Assembly: GCA_963840455.1 (NCBI GenBank)
Contig: CAWIYV010000009.1
Location: forward strand, 376,712-440,711
Source: Nitrospirota bacterium
Lineage (GTDB): Bacteria > Nitrospirota > UBA9217
Direction: 5' to 3'
DNA: 64,000 nt
Positions 40,341 through 49,231 of this stretch are shown piece after piece. The notes under the pieces are model-generated. The model made no database searches. It had not been told where the DNA came from and saw only the letters and a list, made by a program, of their open reading frames with translations. Within the stretch, counting starts at the first letter, position 1. Each line of letters opens with the position of its first letter. The position numbers and the translations under genes are program-made.

Positions 40341-40753
40341 TGGGCGCGATCAAACTGTGCTTTGTTGTCCAGCGGCCGCCGTATAAGAGCGAAAACGCCC
40401 GCCTGGCCCTGACCCATTCCATATCCAGCCAGACCGCGGAGATCCATCTCGAGGACGGCGAAACGGTCGTTCCCACGCTCATCTTCGTGGGCGACGGTGT
40501 TCTGAATGCCGTGAAAAACCAGCAGGCCATGAAGCTCTACGGGGTGACGAGCACCGAAAGCCACATCAAGAACGGGCTGCTCATCGACATGCCGGTCTGG
40601 GTCTGCAAGGAAGATATGCAGCGCCTCGGTCTGAAGGAAGACCAGATGATCGCCGACGCCGAGGACATGGGCGCCGAGCTGAAGACGAAGTTCGTTTCCT
40701 TCGCAGAGATCCAGAAGGAAATGGAAGCGTGCCCGCATCTTTTGTTCTTTTAA
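40340..40753 (+). CDS. DsrF/TusC-like protein
   Basis: FVVQRPPY.SE.AR.AL...LIFVGDGV...VCKEDMQRLGL. Confidence 0.8.
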   Translation: MGAIKLCFVVQRPPYKSENARLALTHSISSQTAEIHLEDGETVVPTLIFVGDGVLNAVKNQQAMKLYGVTSTESHIKNGLLIDMPVWVCKEDMQRLGLKEDQMIADAEDMGAELKTKFVSFAEIQKEMEACPHLLFF

Positions 40754-40832
40754 TGAGGACCCTACAGAGACCGCCCTGCGCCTGCGCGCAAGGCGGCCTC
40801 TCTGCTGAACTCCCTGATCGCGTGAACCGACC

Positions 40833-41345
40833 ATGAACCTGAAAGATCGATTGCAGGAGAACCGGTCAACCATCGTCAGCCAGTGGTTCGAGACGGTGGT
40901 CGGGACCTATCAGGAAGAGACGCGCGGACCGCTGCGGAAGCAGAACGCTCCCTTCACCAACCCCGTGGGCTTCAACACCGCCCAGGGACTCGAGGGCCTC
41001 TTCGACGGGCTCCTGAAAGGGATGATGCCCGCGGAGACGTCGCGGTTCCTGGACGCCATCGTCCGGATCCGCGCGGTCCAGGACTTTGCGCCCTCCGAGG
41101 CCATCCGGTTCATCTTCCGGCTGAAGGACGTGGTGCGGAAGGAACTGGCCGAGGCCCTTCAGGACCCGGCGATCTCCGCCGAGCTGGTCCCCTTTGAGGC
41201 GGCCATTGACGACCTTGCGCTGTTCGCCTTCGATCTTTACCTGCAGTGTCGGGAAAAGATCTACGACATCAAGGCGAAGGAAGCGCAGAGCGCGACCTTC
41301 CGCCTGCTGCAGCAGGCAAAGATCCTCACAGAGCGTCAGGAATAG
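40833..41345 (+). CDS. dsrT: DsrT (RsbRD N-terminal-like)
   Basis: FTNPVG, LD.IVRIRAVQDF.PSEA, AFDLY.QCREKIY; lies directly before dsrM. Confidence 0.9.
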   Translation: MNLKDRLQENRSTIVSQWFETVVGTYQEETRGPLRKQNAPFTNPVGFNTAQGLEGLFDGLLKGMMPAETSRFLDAIVRIRAVQDFAPSEAIRFIFRLKDVVRKELAEALQDPAISAELVPFEAAIDDLALFAFDLYLQCREKIYDIKAKEAQSATFRLLQQAKILTERQE

Positions 41346-41395
41346 AACGGTCCCCGGGGTTTGCAGTCAACCTTAGCGAAAAGAGGTTAATGATT

Positions 41396-42391
41396 ATGAA
41401 TGCACTGCTTTCGTTGATCGTCGTCCTCGTTCTTGCGGCCATCCCCTATGCGCTGGCGGGAGGAGATTCCGCCCGTTATGTCTTCGGGGTGGTCATTCCC
41501 TACGCGGCGTTCATTATGTTCGTTGTCGGGATGATCTACCGCATGTTGAAGTGGGCAAGCTCTCCGGTGCCGTTCCGGATACCCACGACCACAGGCCAGC
41601 AGAAGTCGCTGCCCTGGATCAAGGACAGCAAGATCGAGAATCCTTCCAACGGCTTCTGGGCGATCGTCCGGATGGCCATCGAGGTCCTGTTCTTCCGCTC
41701 GCTCTTCCGGAACCTCAAGACCCAGACCTATGAGGGGTCGCGGCTCGCCTATGGAGAGGCCAAGTGGCTGTGGGCCGCCGGCCTGGCGTTCCACTATTCC
41801 TTCGCCATCATCCTGTTCCGGCACCTCCGGTTCTTCATCGAGAAGGTGCCCGCGGTCGTTCAGGCCGCCGACATGCTCGACAGCTTCCTTCAGATCGGCG
41901 CGCCGCTCCTGTATATGACCGATGTGGTGCTCCTGGCCGCAGTGACCTACCTGTTCATCCGGCGCGTCGGCATCCCCCAGGTGCGGTACATCTCCCTCAT
42001 GGCCGATTACTTCCCGCTCTTCCTGATCCTGGGCATCGGTCTGACCGGCGTCCTGATGCGCTACTTCACGAAGACCGACATCGTGAGCGTCAAGGTGCTC
42101 GCCATGGGCCTGATCAGCCTGCACCCGACGGCGCCCGCTGCTACGCTCAGCCCCCTCTTCTTCATGCACCTGTTCCTGCTGTCGGCGCTCTTCGCCTATT
42201 TTCCGCTCAGCAAGCTCGTGCACATGGGCGGCGTTTTCCTGAGCCCAACGCGGAACCTGGCGAACACCAGCCGCACGAAAAGGCACATCAATCCCTGGAA
42301 CTACCCGGTCCATGTCCATACCTACGCGGAATATGAGGATGAGTTCAGGGATAAAATGAAAGGCGCCGGCCTGCCGGTGGAAAAGGAGTAG
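41396..42391 (+). CDS. dsrM: DsrM membrane b-type cytochrome
   Basis: SPVPFRIPTT.GQQKSL, FFRSLFRN, FRHLRFF, YFP.SKL.HMGG.F.SPTRN. Confidence 0.96.
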   Translation: MNALLSLIVVLVLAAIPYALAGGDSARYVFGVVIPYAAFIMFVVGMIYRMLKWASSPVPFRIPTTTGQQKSLPWIKDSKIENPSNGFWAIVRMAIEVLFFRSLFRNLKTQTYEGSRLAYGEAKWLWAAGLAFHYSFAIILFRHLRFFIEKVPAVVQAADMLDSFLQIGAPLLYMTDVVLLAAVTYLFIRRVGIPQVRYISLMADYFPLFLILGIGLTGVLMRYFTKTDIVSVKVLAMGLISLHPTAPAATLSPLFFMHLFLLSALFAYFPLSKLVHMGGVFLSPTRNLANTSRTKRHINPWNYPVHVHTYAEYEDEFRDKMKGAGLPVEKE

Positions 42392-42393
42392 CC

Positions 42394-44016
42394 ATGGCGA
42401 AACTTCCGAAACCAGAAGAACTTTCCAAGATAGACTATTCCCTGCCCGAGACCGGCTGGATGGACACCCCGGTCGTCATCAAGGAGGGGATGTTCTGCCA
42501 CGGGTCGAAGCCGAAGAGCCTCGAGATCGTGGGGTTCCCCAACCCGCGGGACTGGCGTCCAATGGACGCGGACTGGAAGCTCCCGGAGAACTGGAAGCAG
42601 ATATTGCTGGAAGGCATCGCGGAGCGGCTCGAGAAATACCGGTCGTTCCGTCTGTTCATGGACATCTGCGTGCGCTGCGGGGCCTGCGCCGACAAATGCC
42701 ACTTCTTCATCGGCACCGGCGACCCCAAGAACATGCCGGTGCTGCGGGCCGAGCTGATCCGCTCGGTCTATCGCAGGGAGTTCACGGTGGCCGGCAAGAT
42801 CCTTGGCAAGATGGCCGGCGCCCGGGAGCTCACCCTCGACGTGCTGAAGGAGTGGTGGTACTACTTCTTCCAGTGCACCGAGTGCCGCCGCTGCTCGGTC
42901 TTCTGCCCCTATGGCATCGACCAGGCCGAGATCACGATGATCGGCCGCGAGCTCCTCAATCTGCTCGGCCTCAACATCGAGTGGATCGCGGGGCCGGTCT
43001 CCAACTGCTACATGAAGGGCAACCACCTCGGCCTTGAGCCCCATACCATCGTCGGCAACCTGGAGTACATGCTCGACGACATCGAGACCGTGACCGGCAA
43101 GCGGATCAAGCCGACCTTCAACCGGAAGGGCGCCGAGATCCTGTTCGTGACGCCGTCCGGCGACCTCTTCGCCGATCCGGGCACGTACACGGCCATGGGA
43201 TACCTTATGCTCTTCGAGGAGCTGGGCCTGGACTATACCTGGAGCACCTACGCCTCCGAGGGCGGCAACTTCGGGTTCTTCACCTCGAACGAGATGGCGA
43301 AACGGCTCAATTCGAAGATCTATGCCGAAGCGAAGCGCCTCGGCGTGAAGTGGATCCTCGGCGGAGAATGCGGCCACATGTGGCGGGTGCTCTCCCAGTA
43401 CATGGACACCTGGAACGGGCCGGCCGATTTCCTCGAGGTCCCGAAGTCGCCGATCACCGGCACGGTCTTCGAGAACGCGAAATCCATGAAGATGGTCCAT
43501 GTCGCGGAATTCACCGCCGACCTGATCAAGAACAACAAGCTCAAGCTCGATCCGAAGCGGAACGACCACCTCACGGTCACCTGGCATGATTCCTGTAACG
43601 TTGCGCGCGGCATGGGCATGCTCGAGGAGCCGCGGTACGTGCTCAGGAACGTGGTGAACAACTTCGTCGAGATGCCCGAGGACACCATCCGGGAAAAGAC
43701 CTTCTGCTGCGGCAGCGGAACGGGTCTGAACGCCTCGGAGGACATGGACCTCAGGATGAAGGGCGGGTACCCCCGCGCGAACGCCGTCAAATATGTCGCA
43801 GATCACCATGGCGTGAACATGCTGGGCAACGTCTGCGCCATCGACCGCGCGTCGCTCAAGGCCCTGATGGAGTACTGGGTCCCCAGCGTGGGCGTCTGCG
43901 GTCTCCATGAGCTTGTGGCAAATGCTCTCATCATGACGGGCGAGAAGGAGCGGACGACCGACCTGCGCGGTGAACCTCTTCCGTCAGCTTCCGCGAAGGA
44001 GGAAAAAGCCTCATGA
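42394..44016 (+). CDS. dsrK: DsrK (HdrD-like Fe-S protein)
   Basis: CVRCGACADKC, CTECRRCSVFCP, GECGHMWR, HDSCN, TFCCG. Confidence 0.97.
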   Translation: MAKLPKPEELSKIDYSLPETGWMDTPVVIKEGMFCHGSKPKSLEIVGFPNPRDWRPMDADWKLPENWKQILLEGIAERLEKYRSFRLFMDICVRCGACADKCHFFIGTGDPKNMPVLRAELIRSVYRREFTVAGKILGKMAGARELTLDVLKEWWYYFFQCTECRRCSVFCPYGIDQAEITMIGRELLNLLGLNIEWIAGPVSNCYMKGNHLGLEPHTIVGNLEYMLDDIETVTGKRIKPTFNRKGAEILFVTPSGDLFADPGTYTAMGYLMLFEELGLDYTWSTYASEGGNFGFFTSNEMAKRLNSKIYAEAKRLGVKWILGGECGHMWRVLSQYMDTWNGPADFLEVPKSPITGTVFENAKSMKMVHVAEFTADLIKNNKLKLDPKRNDHLTVTWHDSCNVARGMGMLEEPRYVLRNVVNNFVEMPEDTIREKTFCCGSGTGLNASEDMDLRMKGGYPRANAVKYVADHHGVNMLGNVCAIDRASLKALMEYWVPSVGVCGLHELVANALIMTGEKERTTDLRGEPLPSASAKEEKAS

Positions 44017-44441
44017 AGATATACAACGGTGGGCCCATTTTCATCGGCATCGTCGTGTTCCTGGCCGTCGCCCTCTTCCCGTTCTACAGCAACGTGGGAA
44101 AGGTGAATGCAAAGCCGGAGCCCAAAACGGACACGCCTGCGATCCTGGAATACGAGAAACTGAACGGCAAGAAGGAGTGCGTCGAGTCGAAGGAGTGGAT
44201 GCGCGGCGAGCACATGCAGCTGCTGAACCAGTGGCGCGACTCCGTGGTCCGCGACGACAACCGCGGCTACGTGAGCACCGCGAACCACAAGCGGTTCAAT
44301 ATGAGCCTGCAGAACGGCTGCATGCACTGCCACTCGAACAAGAAGAAGTTCTGCGACGAGTGCCATAACTACCTGTCGGTGAAGCCGTACTGCTGGGACT
44401 GCCACATCCAGCCCGTGGAGAAAGAGGAGGGTAAATCATGA
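44013..44441 (+). CDS. dsrJ: DsrJ triheme cytochrome c
   Basis: CVE...MR.EHM.LL..WRD.VVR; CMHCH, CDECH, CWDCH. Confidence 0.95.
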   Translation: MKIYNGGPIFIGIVVFLAVALFPFYSNVGKVNAKPEPKTDTPAILEYEKLNGKKECVESKEWMRGEHMQLLNQWRDSVVRDDNRGYVSTANHKRFNMSLQNGCMHCHSNKKKFCDECHNYLSVKPYCWDCHIQPVEKEEGKS

Positions 44442-45283
44442 GCATGGATAGGAGACAGTTCCTGAAGTACTCCGGCATCGCCTCCATCCTGGGATTCGGC
44501 GCGTCGGTCGCGTCGGCGACCAACCTGATCACGGGAAAGCAGCTGCTCCCGCCGCAGGTCGACATGAACAAGGAAGCGCTCCGGGCCAAGCGCTGGGCCA
44601 TGGTCGTGGACATGAGCAAGTTCAAGACCGACGAGGATTTCCAGAAGACCATCAGCGCCTGCCACACGATCCACAACGTTCCCGACTTCCGGAAGCCCGA
44701 CGGCAGCGTTGACAAGAAGTTCGAGATCAAGTGGATCTGGAAGGCCGCCTATGAGCGGTCGTTCCCGGGCCAGGAGAACCCATACATGAGCGAGCACGTG
44801 AAGGACATGCCCTTCATGGTGCTTTGCAATCACTGCACCAACCCGCCCTGCGTGCGCGTCTGCCCGACCAAGGCGACCTACAAGCTGGCCGACGGCATCA
44901 CCATGCAGGACATGCACCGCTGCATCGGCTGCCGGTTCTGCATGGCTGCATGCCCGTACGGTTCGCGGAGCTTCAACTGGGTGGACCCGCGCCGCGCATC
45001 GAACCTTGACCCCGCGAAAGGCGGAAAGGTGAACAACGAATACCCGACGCGGACCAAGGGTGTGGTGGAGAAGTGCACCTTCTGCACCGAGCGGCTTGCT
45101 GTCGGCAAGATGCCTGCCTGTGTCGAGGCGGCACCCAAGGGGGCCCTGCTGTTCGGCGACCTCGAGGACCCGAACTCGGAGATCCGGCAGATCGTTGCGA
45201 ACAAGCTCACGATCCGGCGGAAGCCCGACCTAGGCACCGGCCCGGCGGTCTATTATCTGATCGGAGGTGGTGAACATGCTTGA
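44438..45283 (+). CDS. dsrO: DsrO Tat-exported Fe-S protein
   Basis: DRRQFLK; CNHCTNPPCVRVCP, CIGCRFCMAACPY, EKCTFC. Confidence 0.95.
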   Translation: MSMDRRQFLKYSGIASILGFGASVASATNLITGKQLLPPQVDMNKEALRAKRWAMVVDMSKFKTDEDFQKTISACHTIHNVPDFRKPDGSVDKKFEIKWIWKAAYERSFPGQENPYMSEHVKDMPFMVLCNHCTNPPCVRVCPTKATYKLADGITMQDMHRCIGCRFCMAACPYGSRSFNWVDPRRASNLDPAKGGKVNNEYPTRTKGVVEKCTFCTERLAVGKMPACVEAAPKGALLFGDLEDPNSEIRQIVANKLTIRRKPDLGTGPAVYYLIGGGEHA

Positions 45284-46448
45284 GAAAGCTTTGGAAGGGA
45301 GCAAGAAATACTGGGCATGGGTGTGCTTCCTCGGCATCTTCGCCCTGATCGGGACCTACTGGTACATCAGGCAGTTCAATGAGGGCCTGGGCTTGACAGG
45401 TCTGCACCGCGACGTGTCCTGGGGTCTCTACATCGGCCAGTTCACCTTCCTGGTCGGCGTGGCAGCTTCTGCGGTCATGCTCGTGATCCCGTACTATCTC
45501 CATGACTTCAAGAAGTTCGGGAAGATAGTGATCCTCGGCGAGTTCCTTGCCATATCGGCCGTGACCATGTGCATCCTCTTCATCTTCGTGGACATGGGCC
45601 AGCCGACGAGGATCATGAACGTGATCCTTCATCCCACGCCGGGCTCGGTCATGTTCTGGGACTCGGTGGTCCTCTCCGGCTACCTGTTCATCAACCTTCT
45701 GGTCGGCTGGGTGACCCTCGGGTCCGACCGCAAGGGCGTGCCACCGCCGAAGTGGATCAAGCCCTGGATCTATCTGTCGATCCCCTGGGCTATCAGCATC
45801 CACACAGTCACGGCGTTCCTGTACTCCGGTGTTCCGGGCCGTCATTTCTGGCTTACAGCGGTCATGGCTGCCCGGTTCCTGGCCTCGGCCTTTGCCGGCG
45901 GCCCGGCGCTCCTGATCATTCTGGCGCTGATCGTGCGCAAGGTCAGCAAGTTCGATGCCGGCAAGGATGTCATCCAGGCGGTGAGCAGGATCGTGGCCTA
46001 CGCCATGTTCGCGAACGTGTTCCTGCTCGGTCTCGAGTTCTTCACGGCCTTCTACAGCGGCATCCCGGGCCATCAGCACCCCTTCGTCTACCTCTACAAG
46101 GGACTCGACGGCCATGCCGAGCTCGTGCCGATCATGTGGACGTCGACGATCTTCGCGGCCGTCTCGCTCATCATGCTCTGGGTGCCTGCGATCCGGCGGA
46201 AAGAGGGGCTGCTTTCGCTCGCCTGCATCATGCTGTTCATCTCGCTCTGGATCGACAAGGGCTTCGGCCTGATCATCGGCGGCTTCGTGCCGAACCCCTT
46301 CGAGGAGGTCAATCCCTACTGGCCGACGATGCCCGAGGCCCTGATCACGCTCGGCGTCTGGGCCATCGGCTTCCTGGTGCTCACGTTCCTGTACAAGATC
46401 GCCATCACGGTCCGGGAGCAAACCGCGGGCGTGGAGATAGAACATTAA
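45276..46448 (+). CDS. dsrP: DsrP (NrfD-like membrane protein)
   Basis: RDVSWGLYI.QFTFLVGVAASAV, SIPWA.SIHTVTAF, ARFLASAF. Confidence 0.95.
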   Translation: MLEKALEGSKKYWAWVCFLGIFALIGTYWYIRQFNEGLGLTGLHRDVSWGLYIGQFTFLVGVAASAVMLVIPYYLHDFKKFGKIVILGEFLAISAVTMCILFIFVDMGQPTRIMNVILHPTPGSVMFWDSVVLSGYLFINLLVGWVTLGSDRKGVPPPKWIKPWIYLSIPWAISIHTVTAFLYSGVPGRHFWLTAVMAARFLASAFAGGPALLIILALIVRKVSKFDAGKDVIQAVSRIVAYAMFANVFLLGLEFFTAFYSGIPGHQHPFVYLYKGLDGHAELVPIMWTSTIFAAVSLIMLWVPAIRRKEGLLSLACIMLFISLWIDKGFGLIIGGFVPNPFEEVNPYWPTMPEALITLGVWAIGFLVLTFLYKIAITVREQTAGVEIEH

Positions 46449-46472
46449 GAGACATTTCAAAAGGAGTTGACC

Positions 46473-46506
46473 AAAGGGCTCATCCGAATCGGATGGGCCC
46501 TTTTTT
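46473..46506 (+). terminator. Terminator of the dsr operon
   Basis: Stem AAAGGGCTCATCCG/CGGATGGGCCCTTT running into a T-tract. Confidence 0.8.
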
Positions 46507-46706
46507 CTTGAGATGCGAAAAGATAAAATTCTTCTCAAGACGGAACGAAAGTTTTCCGCGAGGACGCTAAAACGCGAGGAAAAGCTTCAACCTGCACATG
46601 AAAAGCATGTCAAAGGTGTTGAGGGAAAGTATAGGGCATTTAGAGGAATTGACAAAGGACTAGGGAACGAATTGGATGGGTCCGGTCATATGGCGTACTG
46701 TGGGGC

Positions 46707-48611
46707 TCAAAGCTGAGTCCCGATGCCGTATTTCTTCCCGATGTCGTCCAGGATGCGCGAGAGCAGCCTGCAGATCTCTTTCAGGTTTCCCTGCTCGAGG
46801 GAGCTTAGCTGCTTCGGGTTGATAAAGTTGTCCGGCGCAAGTCCGGTTTTAACCTGTTCCAGCTGGTGGCGGATCCTGATCATGGACAGGAACTCCAGTG
46901 CATACGCAAGGTCATCGCCCAGGATCTTCACGATCGGGTGCGCCGTTTTCAATACGGCGAGCCGCTCCGCCGTGGAGGTTTCCTGGATATGGCTCTCTAA
47001 GCTGAAGAGCCGAATGATGTTGATCAACGGAGTAAGGCAGTTCTTTTTGAGGTCCAGCTGGTTGGCATGATCGCCGTCCTTTGCCACCGAAAGGGAGCCG
47101 AACAGGCCCAGGGGCGGGCGGTAGTCCGTTGTCAGGTCGGCCATTGCCTTCAGAAACATATTCTGGTCCCGAAGCGAGTCAATAAGGTGTTTTCTGAGCG
47201 TAGCTGCCAGACGCAGATCGCCGTGAAGGCCCCTGAAATCGAATAGGTTTGCTGAGTTATGGATGGCTTCATCAGTCGGCGTGCCTATCCAGTCGCTGAA
47301 GTGTTTCCGCCAGACGGAGAAGGGCTGGCGCCACTTGGGATTGGTCGCCATGAACTCGCCAGGACAGAGCGCAAACCCGCAGCGCAGGAACGCGTTCACG
47401 GAGAACTCGGCGAACCGGCTGAAGTAGGCCTTTGCCTCGCGGGCCTCCTCTTCGTTCCGCGGGTCCGCATAGATCACGCCGTTGTCCTGGTCGGTGATGA
47501 ACGTCTGCTCCTTGCGTCCGGCGCTGCCGTAAACGATCCAGCAGAAAGGCACCGGCGGCGGTCCCAGTGTCTTCAGGGCGAGATCCAGTATCGTGCGCTC
47601 GATGCGGTCGTTGACCGTGGTAATGATGCGATTGATGCTCCCGGCCTTAGCCCCTTCGACGAGTAGCATGGAAATGAGGGCTGTGACCTTCCCGGAGGAG
47701 GAGGCAAGCCCTTCGACCGATGACTGGCTCTCGATGTCCCGTAGGAGCATGAGCGGCGAGGTGACCTGCAGGACCATGAAATCGTGGCTGCTGACGATGC
47801 CGGTCAGGCTCCCGGCATCCATCACCAGCAAGTGGTGGACCTCGTGGCTCATCATCTTCAGGAGCGCCTCAAAGCAGAGATCCGAACCGTCGACCCTGAC
47901 GACCGGCGCGCTCATGATATCGCTGACAGGGTCGAGCAGGCTCTTGCGATGCATCAGTACCCTGTCGCGCAGGTCGGTGAGCGTGAGCATGCCGACCGGG
48001 CTGTCAGCCTCGTCGACGATGACCAGTGCGCCGGTGTGGCGTATGGACATCGATTGGACGGCCTCCAGGATCGAAACGCTGGCGCGGGCCGTCACAACGT
48101 CCCGGGTGGCGAGCTCCCTGACGGGTGTGGCAAACAGGGCATTCTCGGAACGGTCGCGCTCACCAGCCGCGGCAGGCGGGAGCTGGCGACCGCGGCCATC
48201 ACCTTTCGGGAAATACAGCGGCATAAGATATTCGCTCAAGGCAGGATGCTCGTCCAGCAGCTTGATCACACTGGCCCTGTCCGCCACATAGCAGACAGCA
48301 TCGCCTACTGCCTGCACCGATATACCCAGCGGATGGTCTCCTTCAAGAGGGAAAGGACCGAATGTGTCGCCTTTGCCGCGGAAATCGATTACATTCTCCT
48401 GGCCCTGCATGGTCCGCGTGTAGATCCTGACGCTGCCTTCTTTGATGATGTGGAGGGAACCGGACGACCTGTCGCCTTGTTTCATGATGAGCGTTCCCGC
48501 GGGATAAAGCTCCATGGTGAGGCGTCGGGACAGTTGAGCGAGGGCATGGTCATCCAGCTGGTTAAAAGGCGGGTATTTTTTCAAGAAACTCTTTGCGTTT
48601 TTGGCCAGCAT
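46707..48611 (-). CDS. cNMP-binding + CBS + DUF294 nucleotidyltransferase-like protein
   Basis: PPFNQL cNMP domain; CBS pair; GSAGRKEQTF.TDQDN; CPGEFMATNPKW; FDFRGLHG; PPLGLFG. Confidence 0.9.
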   Translation of the reverse strand: MLAKNAKSFLKKYPPFNQLDDHALAQLSRRLTMELYPAGTLIMKQGDRSSGSLHIIKEGSVRIYTRTMQGQENVIDFRGKGDTFGPFPLEGDHPLGISVQAVGDAVCYVADRASVIKLLDEHPALSEYLMPLYFPKGDGRGRQLPPAAAGERDRSENALFATPVRELATRDVVTARASVSILEAVQSMSIRHTGALVIVDEADSPVGMLTLTDLRDRVLMHRKSLLDPVSDIMSAPVVRVDGSDLCFEALLKMMSHEVHHLLVMDAGSLTGIVSSHDFMVLQVTSPLMLLRDIESQSSVEGLASSSGKVTALISMLLVEGAKAGSINRIITTVNDRIERTILDLALKTLGPPPVPFCWIVYGSAGRKEQTFITDQDNGVIYADPRNEEEAREAKAYFSRFAEFSVNAFLRCGFALCPGEFMATNPKWRQPFSVWRKHFSDWIGTPTDEAIHNSANLFDFRGLHGDLRLAATLRKHLIDSLRDQNMFLKAMADLTTDYRPPLGLFGSLSVAKDGDHANQLDLKKNCLTPLINIIRLFSLESHIQETSTAERLAVLKTAHPIVKILGDDLAYALEFLSMIRIRHQLEQVKTGLAPDNFINPKQLSSLEQGNLKEICRLLSRILDDIGKKYGIGTQL

Positions 48612-48838
48612 GTTTTTCCCTAGGTCTCTTCGGCAATCAGGCCCTGGGCCGACCTGCATAGAAAGTTTAACATACTTTTGCACCGAACAGGCAAAAACCA
48701 GGGTTCCCTGACACCGCTGCTGCGGCATATTCCCGCGGCAGCGCACAGGGATCGGCCGCTCGGGAAAGACGTGATGATTCATTCGCGATAGTGTGATAGA
48801 ATATGCAACAGACGGTCAGGGACGGGGAGGGAACTGCG

Positions 48839-49216
48839 ATGCATCGAATTCTCATTGTCGATGATGAGCCGAACATAGTACTTGCACTGGAACTCCTGAT
48901 GAAAAAGGAGGGATATGAGGTGCATACCGTGGATGACGGTGAGCGCGCCGTTCAAGCGGCCAAGGAGCTCCGGCCCGACCTGATCCTTCTTGATATCATG
49001 ATGCCCAAAATGGACGGATATGAGGTTTGCCAGAGGATACGCTCCGATACCTTGTTGAAGGACGTCAGTATCATCATGCTGACGGCAAAGGGCCGCGAGG
49101 TCGAGAGGGAAAAAGGGCTGGCCCTTGGCGCCGACCACTATATTACCAAGCCCTTTTCGACCCGGCAGGTGGTCATGAAGGTCAAGGAGCTTCTGACTGC
49201 AAGATCCGGCCCGTAA
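48839..49216 (+). CDS. Single-domain response regulator
   Basis: ILIVDDEPNIV, PDLILLDIMMP, ITKPFS. Confidence 0.92.
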   Translation: MHRILIVDDEPNIVLALELLMKKEGYEVHTVDDGERAVQAAKELRPDLILLDIMMPKMDGYEVCQRIRSDTLLKDVSIIMLTAKGREVEREKGLALGADHYITKPFSTRQVVMKVKELLTARSGP

Positions 49217-49231
49217 CGGGAACCGCAGGGT

